Shown: positions 10,585-19,695 of the stretch, in pieces
Layout: each line of letters starts with the position of its first letter
Position numbering within the stretch: the first letter of the stretch is position 1
NCBI GenBank assembly: GCA_964422925.1
Contig: CAYRDC010000002.1
Span: 68,991 to 132,990 of the forward strand
Reading direction: 5' to 3'
DNA: 64,000 nt
DNA from: an uncultured Chitinophagales bacterium
Lineage (GTDB): Bacteria > Bacteroidota > Bacteroidia > Chitinophagales > S012-47
Program-made: the position numbers and the translations under genes
Notes under the pieces: model-generated
The model's database searches: none
What the model saw: only the letters and a program-made list of their open reading frames with translations
What the model was told of the DNA's origin: nothing

Positions 10585-11820
10585 ATGATGAAAAAAACTG
10601 GTTGGATGGTTTTGTTTATGGCAGCTACAGCAGCCTGGGCGCAGGTGACGGATACCGCTTCAATGGGGGCAGGTTACATGTACCAGACCTATTACAGTAT
10701 GGCCAATGGAACGGTACTTCAGCAAACACGCGATAGCTGGGATTTGCAGTTTGTTGCCAATATATTTTCTGCTTCGGTGCGGGTAAACAGTGCGGCCGGA
10801 GCGCAATTGTATGAGCCCCTCAATTCAGATACTACCAATTGGAGCACCCTGGATACCAGCGGAATGCAGCCCGTGTATGACCGGGACACTTCCTGGGAAG
10901 AAAGCGCATTCAACGCGAATGCCACAGGCCATCCTGACTACGGGTGGGGTTATTACACAGGCTCCGGCAACCTCACCGGTAAAAAGATATTTGTCATTAA
11001 ACTGGTTGACGGTTCTTTCCGGAAAATCTGGATCCGCGGGTTGGCTTTTGGCGATACCTATACCATAGAAGTGGCCAACCTGGACGGCAGCAATGACACG
11101 ACTTTTCAGGTTAAAAAAACGGATTACACCGGGAAAAGCTTTTTCTACTATGACCTCCGCGGCATGCAGGTGCTTGATCTCGATCCGCCTGCCGAAAACT
11201 GGGACTTGGTTTTCACCAAATATTCCGCACAGGTGGCTCCGGGCATGTATTATCCGGTGACTGGTGTTCTTTCCAATGCCGAAGTGGAAGTTGCCGAAGC
11301 CCGTGGTGTGGATATTAATGCTGTGGATTATACCATGTATCCGTTCCAGACGGATATATCGGCTATCGGGTACGACTGGAAATCGTTCAATATGAACAAT
11401 TTCCAGTATGAAGTGGAAGATTCGCTGGTTTTCTGGGTACGTGGTCGGGACAGTGGTATATACCGGTTGGTGTTTACCGCGTTCGGTGGCAGCGCGGATG
11501 GGAATTTTGTGTTCACCAAACAATTCGTGGCGCAAACGGGCCTGGAAGATATCCAGACGCCTGTGGTTGCTACAGACCTGTACCCGAATCCGGCTCGCGG
11601 GCAGTTTACCCTGATGCTGGATTTGAATCAACCCATGGCAAATACCCGTGCCGGACTGTTGGATATGATAGGCCGGATTGTGAAAACCTGGCAAACCGGG
11701 AATTTGCCGTCCGGTTTGCAAAGCCTTCGCTTTTCGCTGCCGGATCTGGCCCCGGGAATGTATTTGCTGCAGTTTGGAAATGATGCCTTCACCATTAACA
11801 AGCGAATTATTGTACGATAA
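10585..11820 (+). CDS. HmuY-like protein with T9SS C-terminal sorting domain
   Basis: It has a signal peptide (MMKKTGWMVLFMAATAAWAQ) and repeated WDLQF / NWDLVFTKY motifs like the HmuY family. The C-terminus LYPNPARGQFTL...GMYLLQF...IIVR is a T9SS CTD. The start is placed at the ATG at 10585. Confidence 0.55.
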   Translation: MMKKTGWMVLFMAATAAWAQVTDTASMGAGYMYQTYYSMANGTVLQQTRDSWDLQFVANIFSASVRVNSAAGAQLYEPLNSDTTNWSTLDTSGMQPVYDRDTSWEESAFNANATGHPDYGWGYYTGSGNLTGKKIFVIKLVDGSFRKIWIRGLAFGDTYTIEVANLDGSNDTTFQVKKTDYTGKSFFYYDLRGMQVLDLDPPAENWDLVFTKYSAQVAPGMYYPVTGVLSNAEVEVAEARGVDINAVDYTMYPFQTDISAIGYDWKSFNMNNFQYEVEDSLVFWVRGRDSGIYRLVFTAFGGSADGNFVFTKQFVAQTGLEDIQTPVVATDLYPNPARGQFTLMLDLNQPMANTRAGLLDMIGRIVKTWQTGNLPSGLQSLRFSLPDLAPGMYLLQFGNDAFTINKRIIVR

Positions 11821-11844
11821 TGAGGATACTGAAATAATACTCTC

Positions 11845-14082
11845 ATGCGCAGGGTGAGGAAATTTTCCCAGGCTGGTTTAGCGTTAGTTCTTCTTTTTTC
11901 ATGGCGGTTAACTATAGCGCAAAGCAAGGTAACGGTGCTTTCGGCCGGGGATGGTTATCCCTTGGCCTGGGCGCATGTTACTTTCACCAGCCTGGGTTCT
12001 TTACCCAGTCCTGAAGAGCAAACGGTTCTGACAGATGTCAATGGAGAGGCCGTTTCGCCTTTCCCCGGGCGGACGGCCATTTTTATTTCCTATGTTGGTT
12101 TTCAGCCTGTTTACGATACCCTGGATCCGGGAGAATTCCTGACCGTCCGGTTGAAAGAAGATGCCATTGCCATCGGGGATGTGGTGGTTACGGCTCAATA
12201 TTCCGAGGCCAGCCCGGATAAAGCGGTTCACCGGGTACAGATCATCAACAGCCGGCAGATCAAGTTGCACGCGGCTACCGATCTGCGCGACCTCCTGCAA
12301 TATGAAACCAATCTCCGACTGTCGCAGGATAATATCCTGGGAACCGGGTTAAGCCTGCAGGGATTGTCGGGACAGAATGTAAAAATCCTGATAGACGGTG
12401 TGCCGGTTATCGGCCGGCTGAATGGTAACATCGACATCAGCCAGATCAACCTGAACAATATCGAACGCGTTGAAATTATCGAAGGTCCGCTCAGCGTAAA
12501 TTACGGCACCAATGCCCTGGCCGGCACCATAAACCTGATCACCAAAAAAGAACAGGATTCAAAATATACGCTGGAGGCCAATGCCTATTATGAATCAGTG
12601 GGCAGGTACAATGTGGATGGAAGCGCGGGTATCCGCCTGGGCCGTTCCCGCCTGGTGCTTTCGGGCGGGCGGAATTTTTTTGACGGGTATGCCATTATAG
12701 ACACTTCGCGCCATAAAGACTGGAAACCCAAAACCCAGTATTTCGGTACCGCGGATTTTGCTTTCACATCCGGACGGATGAACGGGAGCATTTCCACTTC
12801 TTATTTCTGGGAGAAGATCACGAACCGCGGGTTCAGGCGGAAGCCTTATTACGAAACGGCTTTTGACGACTATTACTACACCCAGCGCCTCGACAACCGG
12901 GCCGATCTGAACTGGCAGCTGGACGAAGACCATCACATCCATATGCTGGGTGCTTACAACCGGTACTACCGCGTCAAAAACACCTATTTTAAAAACCTTG
13001 TCACCCTTGAACAAATGTTGACCACCAATTCGGGCGATCAGGACACCAGCCTGTTCGACCTTATAAACATCCGGGCGTCTTATGTAGCGGCCGACAAAGG
13101 TTCCCGGCTGCAGTATGAACTGGGTCTTGACCTGAACCGGGAGAGTGCCACGGGGCAACGCATCGAAGGCTGGAAACAATTCATCGGGGATTACGCGGTT
13201 TTTACCACGGCAGAATACCGGCCCCTGGAATCACTGACCATCCGTCCGGGCCTGCGGTATGCCTGGAATACGGCTTACCCGGCTCCCCTGGTTCCTTCCG
13301 TAAATATCAAGTTTGACGTAAACCCCCGGCTGGCCCTGCGGGTTTCCTGGGCGCGCGGGTTCCGGGCTCCTTCCCTCAAGGAGCTGAACTTCCTGTTTGT
13401 GGACATTAACCACAACATTCACGGGAATCCCAACCTGCTGGCTGAAAAATCCAATAACTATTCCCTGGCGCTCAATTACAATAAAGCCATTGGGCTTCGC
13501 TTTATCCGCGCGGAGGTGTCGGCCTTTTACAACAGCATTTACAACATGATCACCCTGGCTGTTGTTTCAGGCGATTTATACAGCTATGTGAATATCGGCA
13601 CTTACCGGACGGTGGGAGGCGAAGCCCGTTTTTCAGTCAATACCCAAAACCTGAATGCCCGGCTGGGAGCCGCGCTTACCGGGCATTACAATGATGTGGC
13701 AGCTTTGCCGGAAGTACCGAAAATCAGCGCCACACCTGAATTTACAATGAACCTGGTCTGGAAATGGCCGCGCACCGGCCTCAATACGGCCTTGTTTTAC
13801 AAGTACACCGGCCGGGCGCCCAGCTTTTTTGTGGATGAAAATGAAACGCTGCGGGAAAATTTCATTGCCGCCTACCATAGCGCGGACCTGACGGTAAGCC
13901 GGGATTTCTGGAAAGGGCGTATCACCCTGTCGGCCGGGGGCAAAAACCTTTTTGATGTAAAGAATGTACAGGCATCCGTCACCGGAGGCGGGGCGCACAG
14001 TGGAAGCAACTCTACCGTACCCGTGGGCTGGGGCAGAAGCTGGTTTTTCAAATTATCCGTAAAACCGGAGACTGGCTTATGA
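11845..14082 (+). CDS. TonB-dependent receptor (CarboxypepD_reg-like N-domain + plug + barrel)
   Basis: 745 aa. The plug region reads DLRDLLQYETNLRLSQD...GQNVKILIDGVPVIGR...IERVEIIEGPLSVNYGTNALAGTINLITK. The C-terminal barrel ends in an aromatic-rich strand. Confidence 0.85.
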   Translation: MRRVRKFSQAGLALVLLFSWRLTIAQSKVTVLSAGDGYPLAWAHVTFTSLGSLPSPEEQTVLTDVNGEAVSPFPGRTAIFISYVGFQPVYDTLDPGEFLTVRLKEDAIAIGDVVVTAQYSEASPDKAVHRVQIINSRQIKLHAATDLRDLLQYETNLRLSQDNILGTGLSLQGLSGQNVKILIDGVPVIGRLNGNIDISQINLNNIERVEIIEGPLSVNYGTNALAGTINLITKKEQDSKYTLEANAYYESVGRYNVDGSAGIRLGRSRLVLSGGRNFFDGYAIIDTSRHKDWKPKTQYFGTADFAFTSGRMNGSISTSYFWEKITNRGFRRKPYYETAFDDYYYTQRLDNRADLNWQLDEDHHIHMLGAYNRYYRVKNTYFKNLVTLEQMLTTNSGDQDTSLFDLINIRASYVAADKGSRLQYELGLDLNRESATGQRIEGWKQFIGDYAVFTTAEYRPLESLTIRPGLRYAWNTAYPAPLVPSVNIKFDVNPRLALRVSWARGFRAPSLKELNFLFVDINHNIHGNPNLLAEKSNNYSLALNYNKAIGLRFIRAEVSAFYNSIYNMITLAVVSGDLYSYVNIGTYRTVGGEARFSVNTQNLNARLGAALTGHYNDVAALPEVPKISATPEFTMNLVWKWPRTGLNTALFYKYTGRAPSFFVDENETLRENFIAAYHSADLTVSRDFWKGRITLSAGGKNLFDVKNVQASVTGGGAHSGSNSTVPVGWGRSWFFKLSVKPETGL

Positions 14083-15080
14083 AAAAGACATGGTACGTGC
14101 TTGTTTTGGCGGCCCTTGCCTGGTTGCCGGCCTGCGAAAAACCTGAATTGCCCATCCCTCCCCATAAGCGGGGAGACGTAAAGGTAGGCAACGTAGTCAT
14201 GGACCCGGATTACAAATACCAGGTCTATTTTGACCTGGGAACGGGTTCGGTAGCGGGGCAGAACCTGAAAATGGACTGGGACCTTGGATTTGAGACCTCG
14301 CCCGGGCATCATAGCATCATTCTGAATTCCTCCAAGGCTATGTTTGCGACAAATGCCGGACCGGTGGATTTTTACACCCTGATAGACACCACGGGCATGC
14401 ATTTCCGCTGGGACGCGCAAAACGGAGACCTGGATGCGACCGCCCTGAACGGCTGGGCCGACTTTTCAGGCCCTGATCCTGTGTACAGCAACAATGTTTA
14501 CATCATAGACCGCGGCAAAAAGCTCAACGGGCAGCCGGTTGGGCTGGTGAAGGTCCGGTTTGAAAAGTTCGAAGGCAATGCCTATACCTTCCGCTTTGCC
14601 AATATGGACAACAGCGCGGAGCAGGTGGTCAGGGTGCCGGTGGATACGAATTATAATTTCACCTTTTTCAGTTTCAAAAACGGTGGTAAAATCGTGGAAG
14701 CGGAGCCGCCCAAACGTGACTGGGACCTTGCCTTTACGCAATACCTGAAGATTTTCAATGTAAGCGGTGACACGATTCCCTACCTGGTAACCGGTGTGCT
14801 GCTCAACCATTACCTCACCCTGGGCGTGCGCGATTCCCTGGTTCCCTTCGAGCAGATTCGCTATGAGGATGTGTCGGATTTTACATTTGTGCCGGACCGC
14901 AATATTATCGGTTACAACTGGAAACGCTATTCCTTCGATACCAACCAGTATGAAGTGGTGCCGGATCTCGTGTTCCTAGTAAAGGATGCCGATGGGTTTT
15001 ATTACAAGCTGCGTTTCATTGATTTTTACGATCCGCAGGGCAATAAGGGAAACCCGCAGTTTGAGTATCAGCGGCTTTAA
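14079..15080 (+). CDS. HmuY-like lipoprotein
   Basis: 333 aa. The lipobox is LAWLPAC. DWDLGFE and DWDLAFTQY motifs are present. A 4-nt overlap with the receptor gene indicates an operon. Confidence 0.6.
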   Translation: MKKTWYVLVLAALAWLPACEKPELPIPPHKRGDVKVGNVVMDPDYKYQVYFDLGTGSVAGQNLKMDWDLGFETSPGHHSIILNSSKAMFATNAGPVDFYTLIDTTGMHFRWDAQNGDLDATALNGWADFSGPDPVYSNNVYIIDRGKKLNGQPVGLVKVRFEKFEGNAYTFRFANMDNSAEQVVRVPVDTNYNFTFFSFKNGGKIVEAEPPKRDWDLAFTQYLKIFNVSGDTIPYLVTGVLLNHYLTLGVRDSLVPFEQIRYEDVSDFTFVPDRNIIGYNWKRYSFDTNQYEVVPDLVFLVKDADGFYYKLRFIDFYDPQGNKGNPQFEYQRL

Positions 15081-16036
15081 TCCGGGGTCATTTTCCTGAA
15101 TACAATATTGTCAGATTCCAGGCCGCTTTGGGCAAGATGTTGTTCAATATTTTGCAGGGGGCTGAGGCTTCCATCCTTGCGAATAGCATAAGACCGGTAG
15201 CCTGATTCCTGCAGCATGGCGCTTGCCTTGCGGTGGGCCGTGTTATGCCGGGAAGCCTGCAGGTACTCCATAATCACGACCGGGTTGCCGGTGGCCAGGA
15301 ATTGCTTTCCGCCCCGGATTACCTTGTCTTCCGCCCCTTCCACGTCTATTTTCACAATGCGGGGAAGGAATTTTAAAAACCGGAAGGTTTCGTCAAGGGT
15401 ATAGCCCTCCACCTTCGTCTGTTTGGGTTTCCAGCGATTAAACCAGGGCTGTTCCCTGAACTGGGTTACATCGAAAGTATTGTACTCTGAATAGCGTACC
15501 GGGAATTCGTAAAAGGTGACCGGACCATTGGTATCGGTAACTGCCTGGTGCAGGGCCCCGATATTGGGAAAACTTGTGGTGTTTAGCTGAAGGAGGCGAT
15601 AGTTCCGCAGGGAGGCTTCTATGGCCAGCACCATACCTTCCGGGCCGGTGAGCCGGGAGGCCAGTTGCGCGAAAAAGCCGAAGTGTGTGCCTATGTCCGC
15701 AATGCAATCCCCGGGGCGGATCTCCTGAATCAGGAAACGTGTCAGCCGCAGTTCTGAATCGTGGGTTTTGCAACCGGTCAGGTAAATATCAGTGCCGGCG
15801 GGCAGCTCGAGGTGCAGGTAACTCCCGAAAAAGGATTTCGCTCTGACAGAAAGTCCCCGTCCGGTGAGTGGAAACCAGGCGTGATTGACGGATTGAGCCC
15901 AGGCGTATCTCAGCGGCTTATGCCAAAACCGCTTCCAACGGCTGCCCCTTGCCAATCGTTCTGCTTTTTCCAGTTTTTCGAGCATTCTGTCCCGCATCGT
16001 CCCGAAAATAGAAAAGGTTTGCCAGTTGTTCGACAT
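15077..16036 (-). CDS. FkbM-family methyltransferase
   Basis: 319 aa. IADIGTHFGFF (SAM motif I-like) and a central ...VKIDVEGAE... motif are typical of FkbM. Confidence 0.7.
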   Translation of the reverse strand: MSNNWQTFSIFGTMRDRMLEKLEKAERLARGSRWKRFWHKPLRYAWAQSVNHAWFPLTGRGLSVRAKSFFGSYLHLELPAGTDIYLTGCKTHDSELRLTRFLIQEIRPGDCIADIGTHFGFFAQLASRLTGPEGMVLAIEASLRNYRLLQLNTTSFPNIGALHQAVTDTNGPVTFYEFPVRYSEYNTFDVTQFREQPWFNRWKPKQTKVEGYTLDETFRFLKFLPRIVKIDVEGAEDKVIRGGKQFLATGNPVVIMEYLQASRHNTAHRKASAMLQESGYRSYAIRKDGSLSPLQNIEQHLAQSGLESDNIVFRKMTPD

Positions 16037-16104
16037 TTCCCGTCCCGCGTTTACTCACTCAGCGGGAGATTGGATACCTTTGTTTTTGGAACAAACAGCC
16101 CATT

Positions 16105-16224
16105 ATGCGGAATAAAAAAATGTTCCTGGCCGTGCTCATCAGCGCAATAATGGCCTTCCTGGCGGGTTTGCTGCTGGGCAGGCGTAAGTCCGGCCGCGGT
16201 ACCCGTTCTGAAACCGATGACTGA
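16105..16224 (+). CDS. Possible small single-pass membrane protein (39 aa)
   Basis: Manual translation gives MRNKKMFLAVLISAIMAFLAGLLLGRRKSGRGTRSETDD. It lies in an otherwise empty gap and is below the ORF-track size cutoff. Confidence 0.3.
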   Translation: MRNKKMFLAVLISAIMAFLAGLLLGRRKSGRGTRSETDD

Positions 16225-16230
16225 GCGGGC

Positions 16231-16641
16231 TCAGCAATAGGTATCGTACACGTGAGCCAGGTGCTGGGCAATGATTTCCGGTGGCCGGCCTTCGATCTGG
16301 TGGCGCTCCACGAAATGCACCAGTTTACCGTCTTTGAACAACGCAATGCTGGGTGAAGAAGGCGGATACGGCAGGGTGTATTCCCGGGCCCGGGCTGTGG
16401 CTTCCACGTCAAATCCGGCAAATACCGTAGCCAACCGGTTTGGTTTTTTTTCATTTTGTAACGATATGCGAATACCGGGGCGGGCACTGCCGGCTGCGCA
16501 ACCGCATACCGAATTGATCACCAAAAGCAGGGTGCCATCCTGAGTTATGGCTGAATCCACTGCTTCCGGGGTAGTCAGGTCTTCAAATCCTATAGCGGTC
16601 AGTTCTTCTTTCATGGGCATTACCATCTGGGGAGGATACAT
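16231..16641 (-). CDS. BrxA/BrxB-family bacilliredoxin (DUF1094)
   Basis: MYPPQMVMPMKEELT...LLLVINSVCGCAAGSARPG contains the CGC redox motif. The start is placed at the ATG at 16641. Confidence 0.8.
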   Translation of the reverse strand: MYPPQMVMPMKEELTAIGFEDLTTPEAVDSAITQDGTLLLVINSVCGCAAGSARPGIRISLQNEKKPNRLATVFAGFDVEATARAREYTLPYPPSSPSIALFKDGKLVHFVERHQIEGRPPEIIAQHLAHVYDTYC

Positions 16642-16780
16642 AGGTTCTAAGATTTTTCTGATTAGATAATAGGTTCTAAAGGCTAACAACATTATCCCCG
16701 GATATGTTTCCTGTCTTTCACGGGCTTGTAAACTTTTTCCGGGGGGAAAAGGTTATTTTTGCAGCAAAATTATTATTTCA

Positions 16781-18088
16781 ATGATTGACACGAAACTGAA
16801 ATTTAAAGTAAAGGACATAACCCTGGCAGACTGGGGAAGAAAGGAAATCCGGTTGGCAGAAGCTGAAATGCCGGGGTTGATGTCGCTCCGGGAAAAATAC
16901 CGGGACGAAAAGCCCCTGAAAGGCGCCCGCATAGCCGGCTGTCTGCACATGACCGTGCAAACCGCGGTACTGATTGAAACCCTCGTAGAACTGGGCGCGG
17001 AAGTGCAATGGTCGTCCTGCAATATCTTTAGCACCCAGGATCACGCGGCCGCGGCCATTGCCAAGGCCGGCATACCTGTGTATGCCTGGAAAGGGGAAAC
17101 GGAAGAAGAATTTAACTGGTGCATTGAACAAACCCTGTTTTTCGGGGATACCTCCCGCCCGCTGAACATAATACTGGATGACGGAGGAGACCTTACCGCC
17201 ATGGTGCTTGAAAAATACCCTGAACTTATTCCGGGTATCCGCGGCATCAGCGAAGAAACCACCACCGGAGTGCACCGGCTCTATGAACTGGAAAAGAAAG
17301 GAAAACTCCCCCTGCCGGCTATCAATGTCAACGATTCTGTAACCAAATCCAAATTTGACAATAAATACGGCTGCCGCGAATCGCTGGTGGACGGCATCCG
17401 CAGGGCTACCGACATCATGATGGCCGGGAAAGTGGCCGTGGTGGCCGGCTATGGCGATGTGGGTAAAGGCTCCGCCCAGTCGCTTCGGGGGGCCGGTGCC
17501 CGGGTTATCGTCACCGAAATCGACCCCATCTGTGCCCTGCAGGCCGCCATGGACGGCTTCGAAGTGAAAAGGATGGATGATGCCGTGAAGGAAGCCGACA
17601 TCATTGTAACAGCCACTGGCAACTGCGATGTGGTGGTCGGACGGCACTTCAAGGCCATGAAGGACAAAGCCATTGTGTGCAATATCGGCCACTTCGACAA
17701 CGAAATCGACATGGCCTGGCTGAACGGGAATTATGGCCATACCAAAGTGAACATTAAACCCCAGGTCGACCTGTACCATGTGGATGACCATGACGTGATC
17801 GTGCTGGCCGAAGGCCGTCTGGTGAACCTGGGCTGTGCCACGGGGCATCCCTCCTTTGTGATGTCGAACTCCTTTACCAACCAGGTGCTTGCCCAGATAG
17901 AACTGTGGCAGCACAGCGATCGTTACGAGAATAAGGTGTATACCCTTCCCAAACACCTCGATGAGATGGTGGCACGCCTACACCTCGAAAAAATCGGTGT
18001 GGAACTGGAAGAGCTCACCGACAGACAGGCAGAATATATTAACGTGCCGAAAACCGGGCCGTACAAACCCGACTGGTACCGGTACTAA
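16781..18088 (+). CDS. ahcY: Adenosylhomocysteinase
   Basis: 435 aa. [21 protein letters not shown]...[16 protein letters not shown]...GYGDVGKG (NAD site). Confidence 0.95.
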   Translation: MIDTKLKFKVKDITLADWGRKEIRLAEAEMPGLMSLREKYRDEKPLKGARIAGCLHMTVQTAVLIETLVELGAEVQWSSCNIFSTQDHAAAAIAKAGIPVYAWKGETEEEFNWCIEQTLFFGDTSRPLNIILDDGGDLTAMVLEKYPELIPGIRGISEETTTGVHRLYELEKKGKLPLPAINVNDSVTKSKFDNKYGCRESLVDGIRRATDIMMAGKVAVVAGYGDVGKGSAQSLRGAGARVIVTEIDPICALQAAMDGFEVKRMDDAVKEADIIVTATGNCDVVVGRHFKAMKDKAIVCNIGHFDNEIDMAWLNGNYGHTKVNIKPQVDLYHVDDHDVIVLAEGRLVNLGCATGHPSFVMSNSFTNQVLAQIELWQHSDRYENKVYTLPKHLDEMVARLHLEKIGVELEELTDRQAEYINVPKTGPYKPDWYRY

Positions 18089-18107
18089 ACCCGGAAATAA
18101 TATAGAA

Positions 18108-18138
18108 GAAGGGCAGCGCAGGCTGCCCTTCTTTTTTT
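18108..18138 (+). terminator. Rho-independent terminator after ahcY
   Basis: GAAGGGCAGC-gcag-GCTGCCCTTC is a perfect 10-bp stem followed by T7. Confidence 0.75.
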
Positions 18139-18212
18139 CTTGGGGATTCTTCCGGCAATCAATTGCAGCCGGATGAACCATGAATGATATGCAAAATTGT
18201 AAATTCGCTGGC

Positions 18213-18929
18213 ATGACCCGCTTATCGGTAAACATCAACAAAGTGGCCCTGATCAGGAATGCCCGGGGCGGCAACGTTCCTGATTTGCTGCAGATAGCCA
18301 GGGATTGTGAACGGTTCGGAGCCGATGGCATTACGGTGCATCCCCGGCCGGACGAGCGCCATATCCGTTACCGTGACTGCCATGAACTGAAACCGCTCAT
18401 CACCACCGAATTCAACATCGAAGGCTACCCTTCGGAACAATGGCTCAGGCTGGTGAAAGACGTACACCCAGACCAGGCCACCCTGGTGCCCGACCCGCCC
18501 GGGGTGCTCACCTCCAACACGGGGTGGGATACCAAAACCCACCGGTCATTCCTGCAGGATGTGATTGGCCCGCTCAGGGAACTGGGCATCCGGGTTTCGG
18601 TCTTCATCAATTCCGACCCGGACATGATTGCCGCGGCTCCGGCCACCGGCACAGACCGCATTGAACTGTACACCGGCCCCTATGCGGAACATTACGCACA
18701 GGACCGCGAAAAAGCTATCGCGCCTTACGTGGAAGCGGCTGAACTAGCGTGCTCCCTGGGCCTGGGCATCAATGCCGGGCATGACCTGAACCTCGACAAC
18801 CTGCGGTATTTCTCCGAGTGCATTCCCTACCTGGATGAAGTGTCTATCGGCCATGCCCTGATTTCCGACAGTCTCTATTACGGGCTGGAAAACACTATTC
18901 AGATGTATAAAATGAGATTGCTGCAGTGA
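18213..18929 (+). CDS. pdxJ: Pyridoxine 5'-phosphate synthase
   Basis: [24 protein letters not shown]...[13 protein letters not shown]. The start is placed at the internal ATG (18213), which matches the usual PdxJ N-terminus. Confidence 0.92.
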   Translation: MTRLSVNINKVALIRNARGGNVPDLLQIARDCERFGADGITVHPRPDERHIRYRDCHELKPLITTEFNIEGYPSEQWLRLVKDVHPDQATLVPDPPGVLTSNTGWDTKTHRSFLQDVIGPLRELGIRVSVFINSDPDMIAAAPATGTDRIELYTGPYAEHYAQDREKAIAPYVEAAELACSLGLGINAGHDLNLDNLRYFSECIPYLDEVSIGHALISDSLYYGLENTIQMYKMRLLQ

Positions 18930-18930
18930 T

Positions 18931-19695
18931 ATGAAAAAGTTGTTGCATTTCGCGGGAGCCATCTGGGCCGTATACACCCTGCTAATGTTGGCCCTGACCG
19001 GTTTGATTGCTATGGTTTTTTTCGTTCCCCTTTACTACCTGACCGGGCGGAAAGGATGGTATCTCGGGCACCAGGTAACCCGCATCTGGTCCTGGGTTTT
19101 CCTGTATATATCCGGCCTGCCTTTATGGGTGTGCGGACGGAGATGGATCACCCGGGGAAAGCCAGCGGTTTATATCTGCAACCACGTAGGCTTGATAGAC
19201 GTGCCGGCCGCGGCTGCCGCCTTGAAAGGCCCGTTTCATATTCTTTCCAAGGAAGAGGTTCGCAAAATGCCTATTATCGGGTATATGCTCCCAAGGCTGC
19301 ATTATGCCGTAAAGCGTTCGGATAAGCAAAGCCGGGATACCAGTTATAACTGGCTGCGGAAAGCTATCCGTAAAGGACGTTCCGTGCTGTTGTTCCCGGA
19401 AGGAACCCGCAACGCAGGGCCCGCGCTGACCCGCGATTTTTATGACGGGGCTTTCCGGCTGGCTATCATGGAACAGGTGCCCCTCACCGTCATGGTTTTG
19501 CTCGACTCTTTCAAACGGATGAACAAACACCACCCGTTTTCCATATTGCCCGGTATGCTGCGCTGTCGCATTTTCCCGCCCATTGATACCCGGGGGATGA
19601 CAGAAAAAGACCTGCCCGCGCTCAAGGAAAAAGCCCGCAGGATGATGGAATCAGCCCTGGAGAAAGTGTATGGTGCGCGGCTTCCGCTGCCCTGA
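18931..19695 (+). CDS. 1-acyl-sn-glycerol-3-phosphate acyltransferase-family protein
   Basis: The NHVGLIDV (NHxxxxD) and FPEGTR motifs are present, with an N-terminal TM segment. Confidence 0.8.
   Translation: MKKLLHFAGAIWAVYTLLMLALTGLIAMVFFVPLYYLTGRKGWYLGHQVTRIWSWVFLYISGLPLWVCGRRWITRGKPAVYICNHVGLIDVPAAAAALKGPFHILSKEEVRKMPIIGYMLPRLHYAVKRSDKQSRDTSYNWLRKAIRKGRSVLLFPEGTRNAGPALTRDFYDGAFRLAIMEQVPLTVMVLLDSFKRMNKHHPFSILPGMLRCRIFPPIDTRGMTEKDLPALKEKARRMMESALEKVYGARLPLP

Noticed and set aside
16693-16780. Possible SAH riboswitch or strong promoter upstream of ahcY
   Set aside because: The leader is only about 88 nt and lacks a recognisable SAH-aptamer pseudoknot sequence. A TAnnTTTG box (16754-16761) exists, but the nearest TTG is about 24 nt upstream, outside the usual spacing. 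I did not call it.
16778-17956. 392-aa ORF antisense to ahcY
   Set aside because: It fully overlaps a clearly conserved adenosylhomocysteinase on the opposite strand. The sequence is His/Gly/Pro/Val-rich and repetitive, as is typical of shadow ORFs in GC-rich coding DNA.
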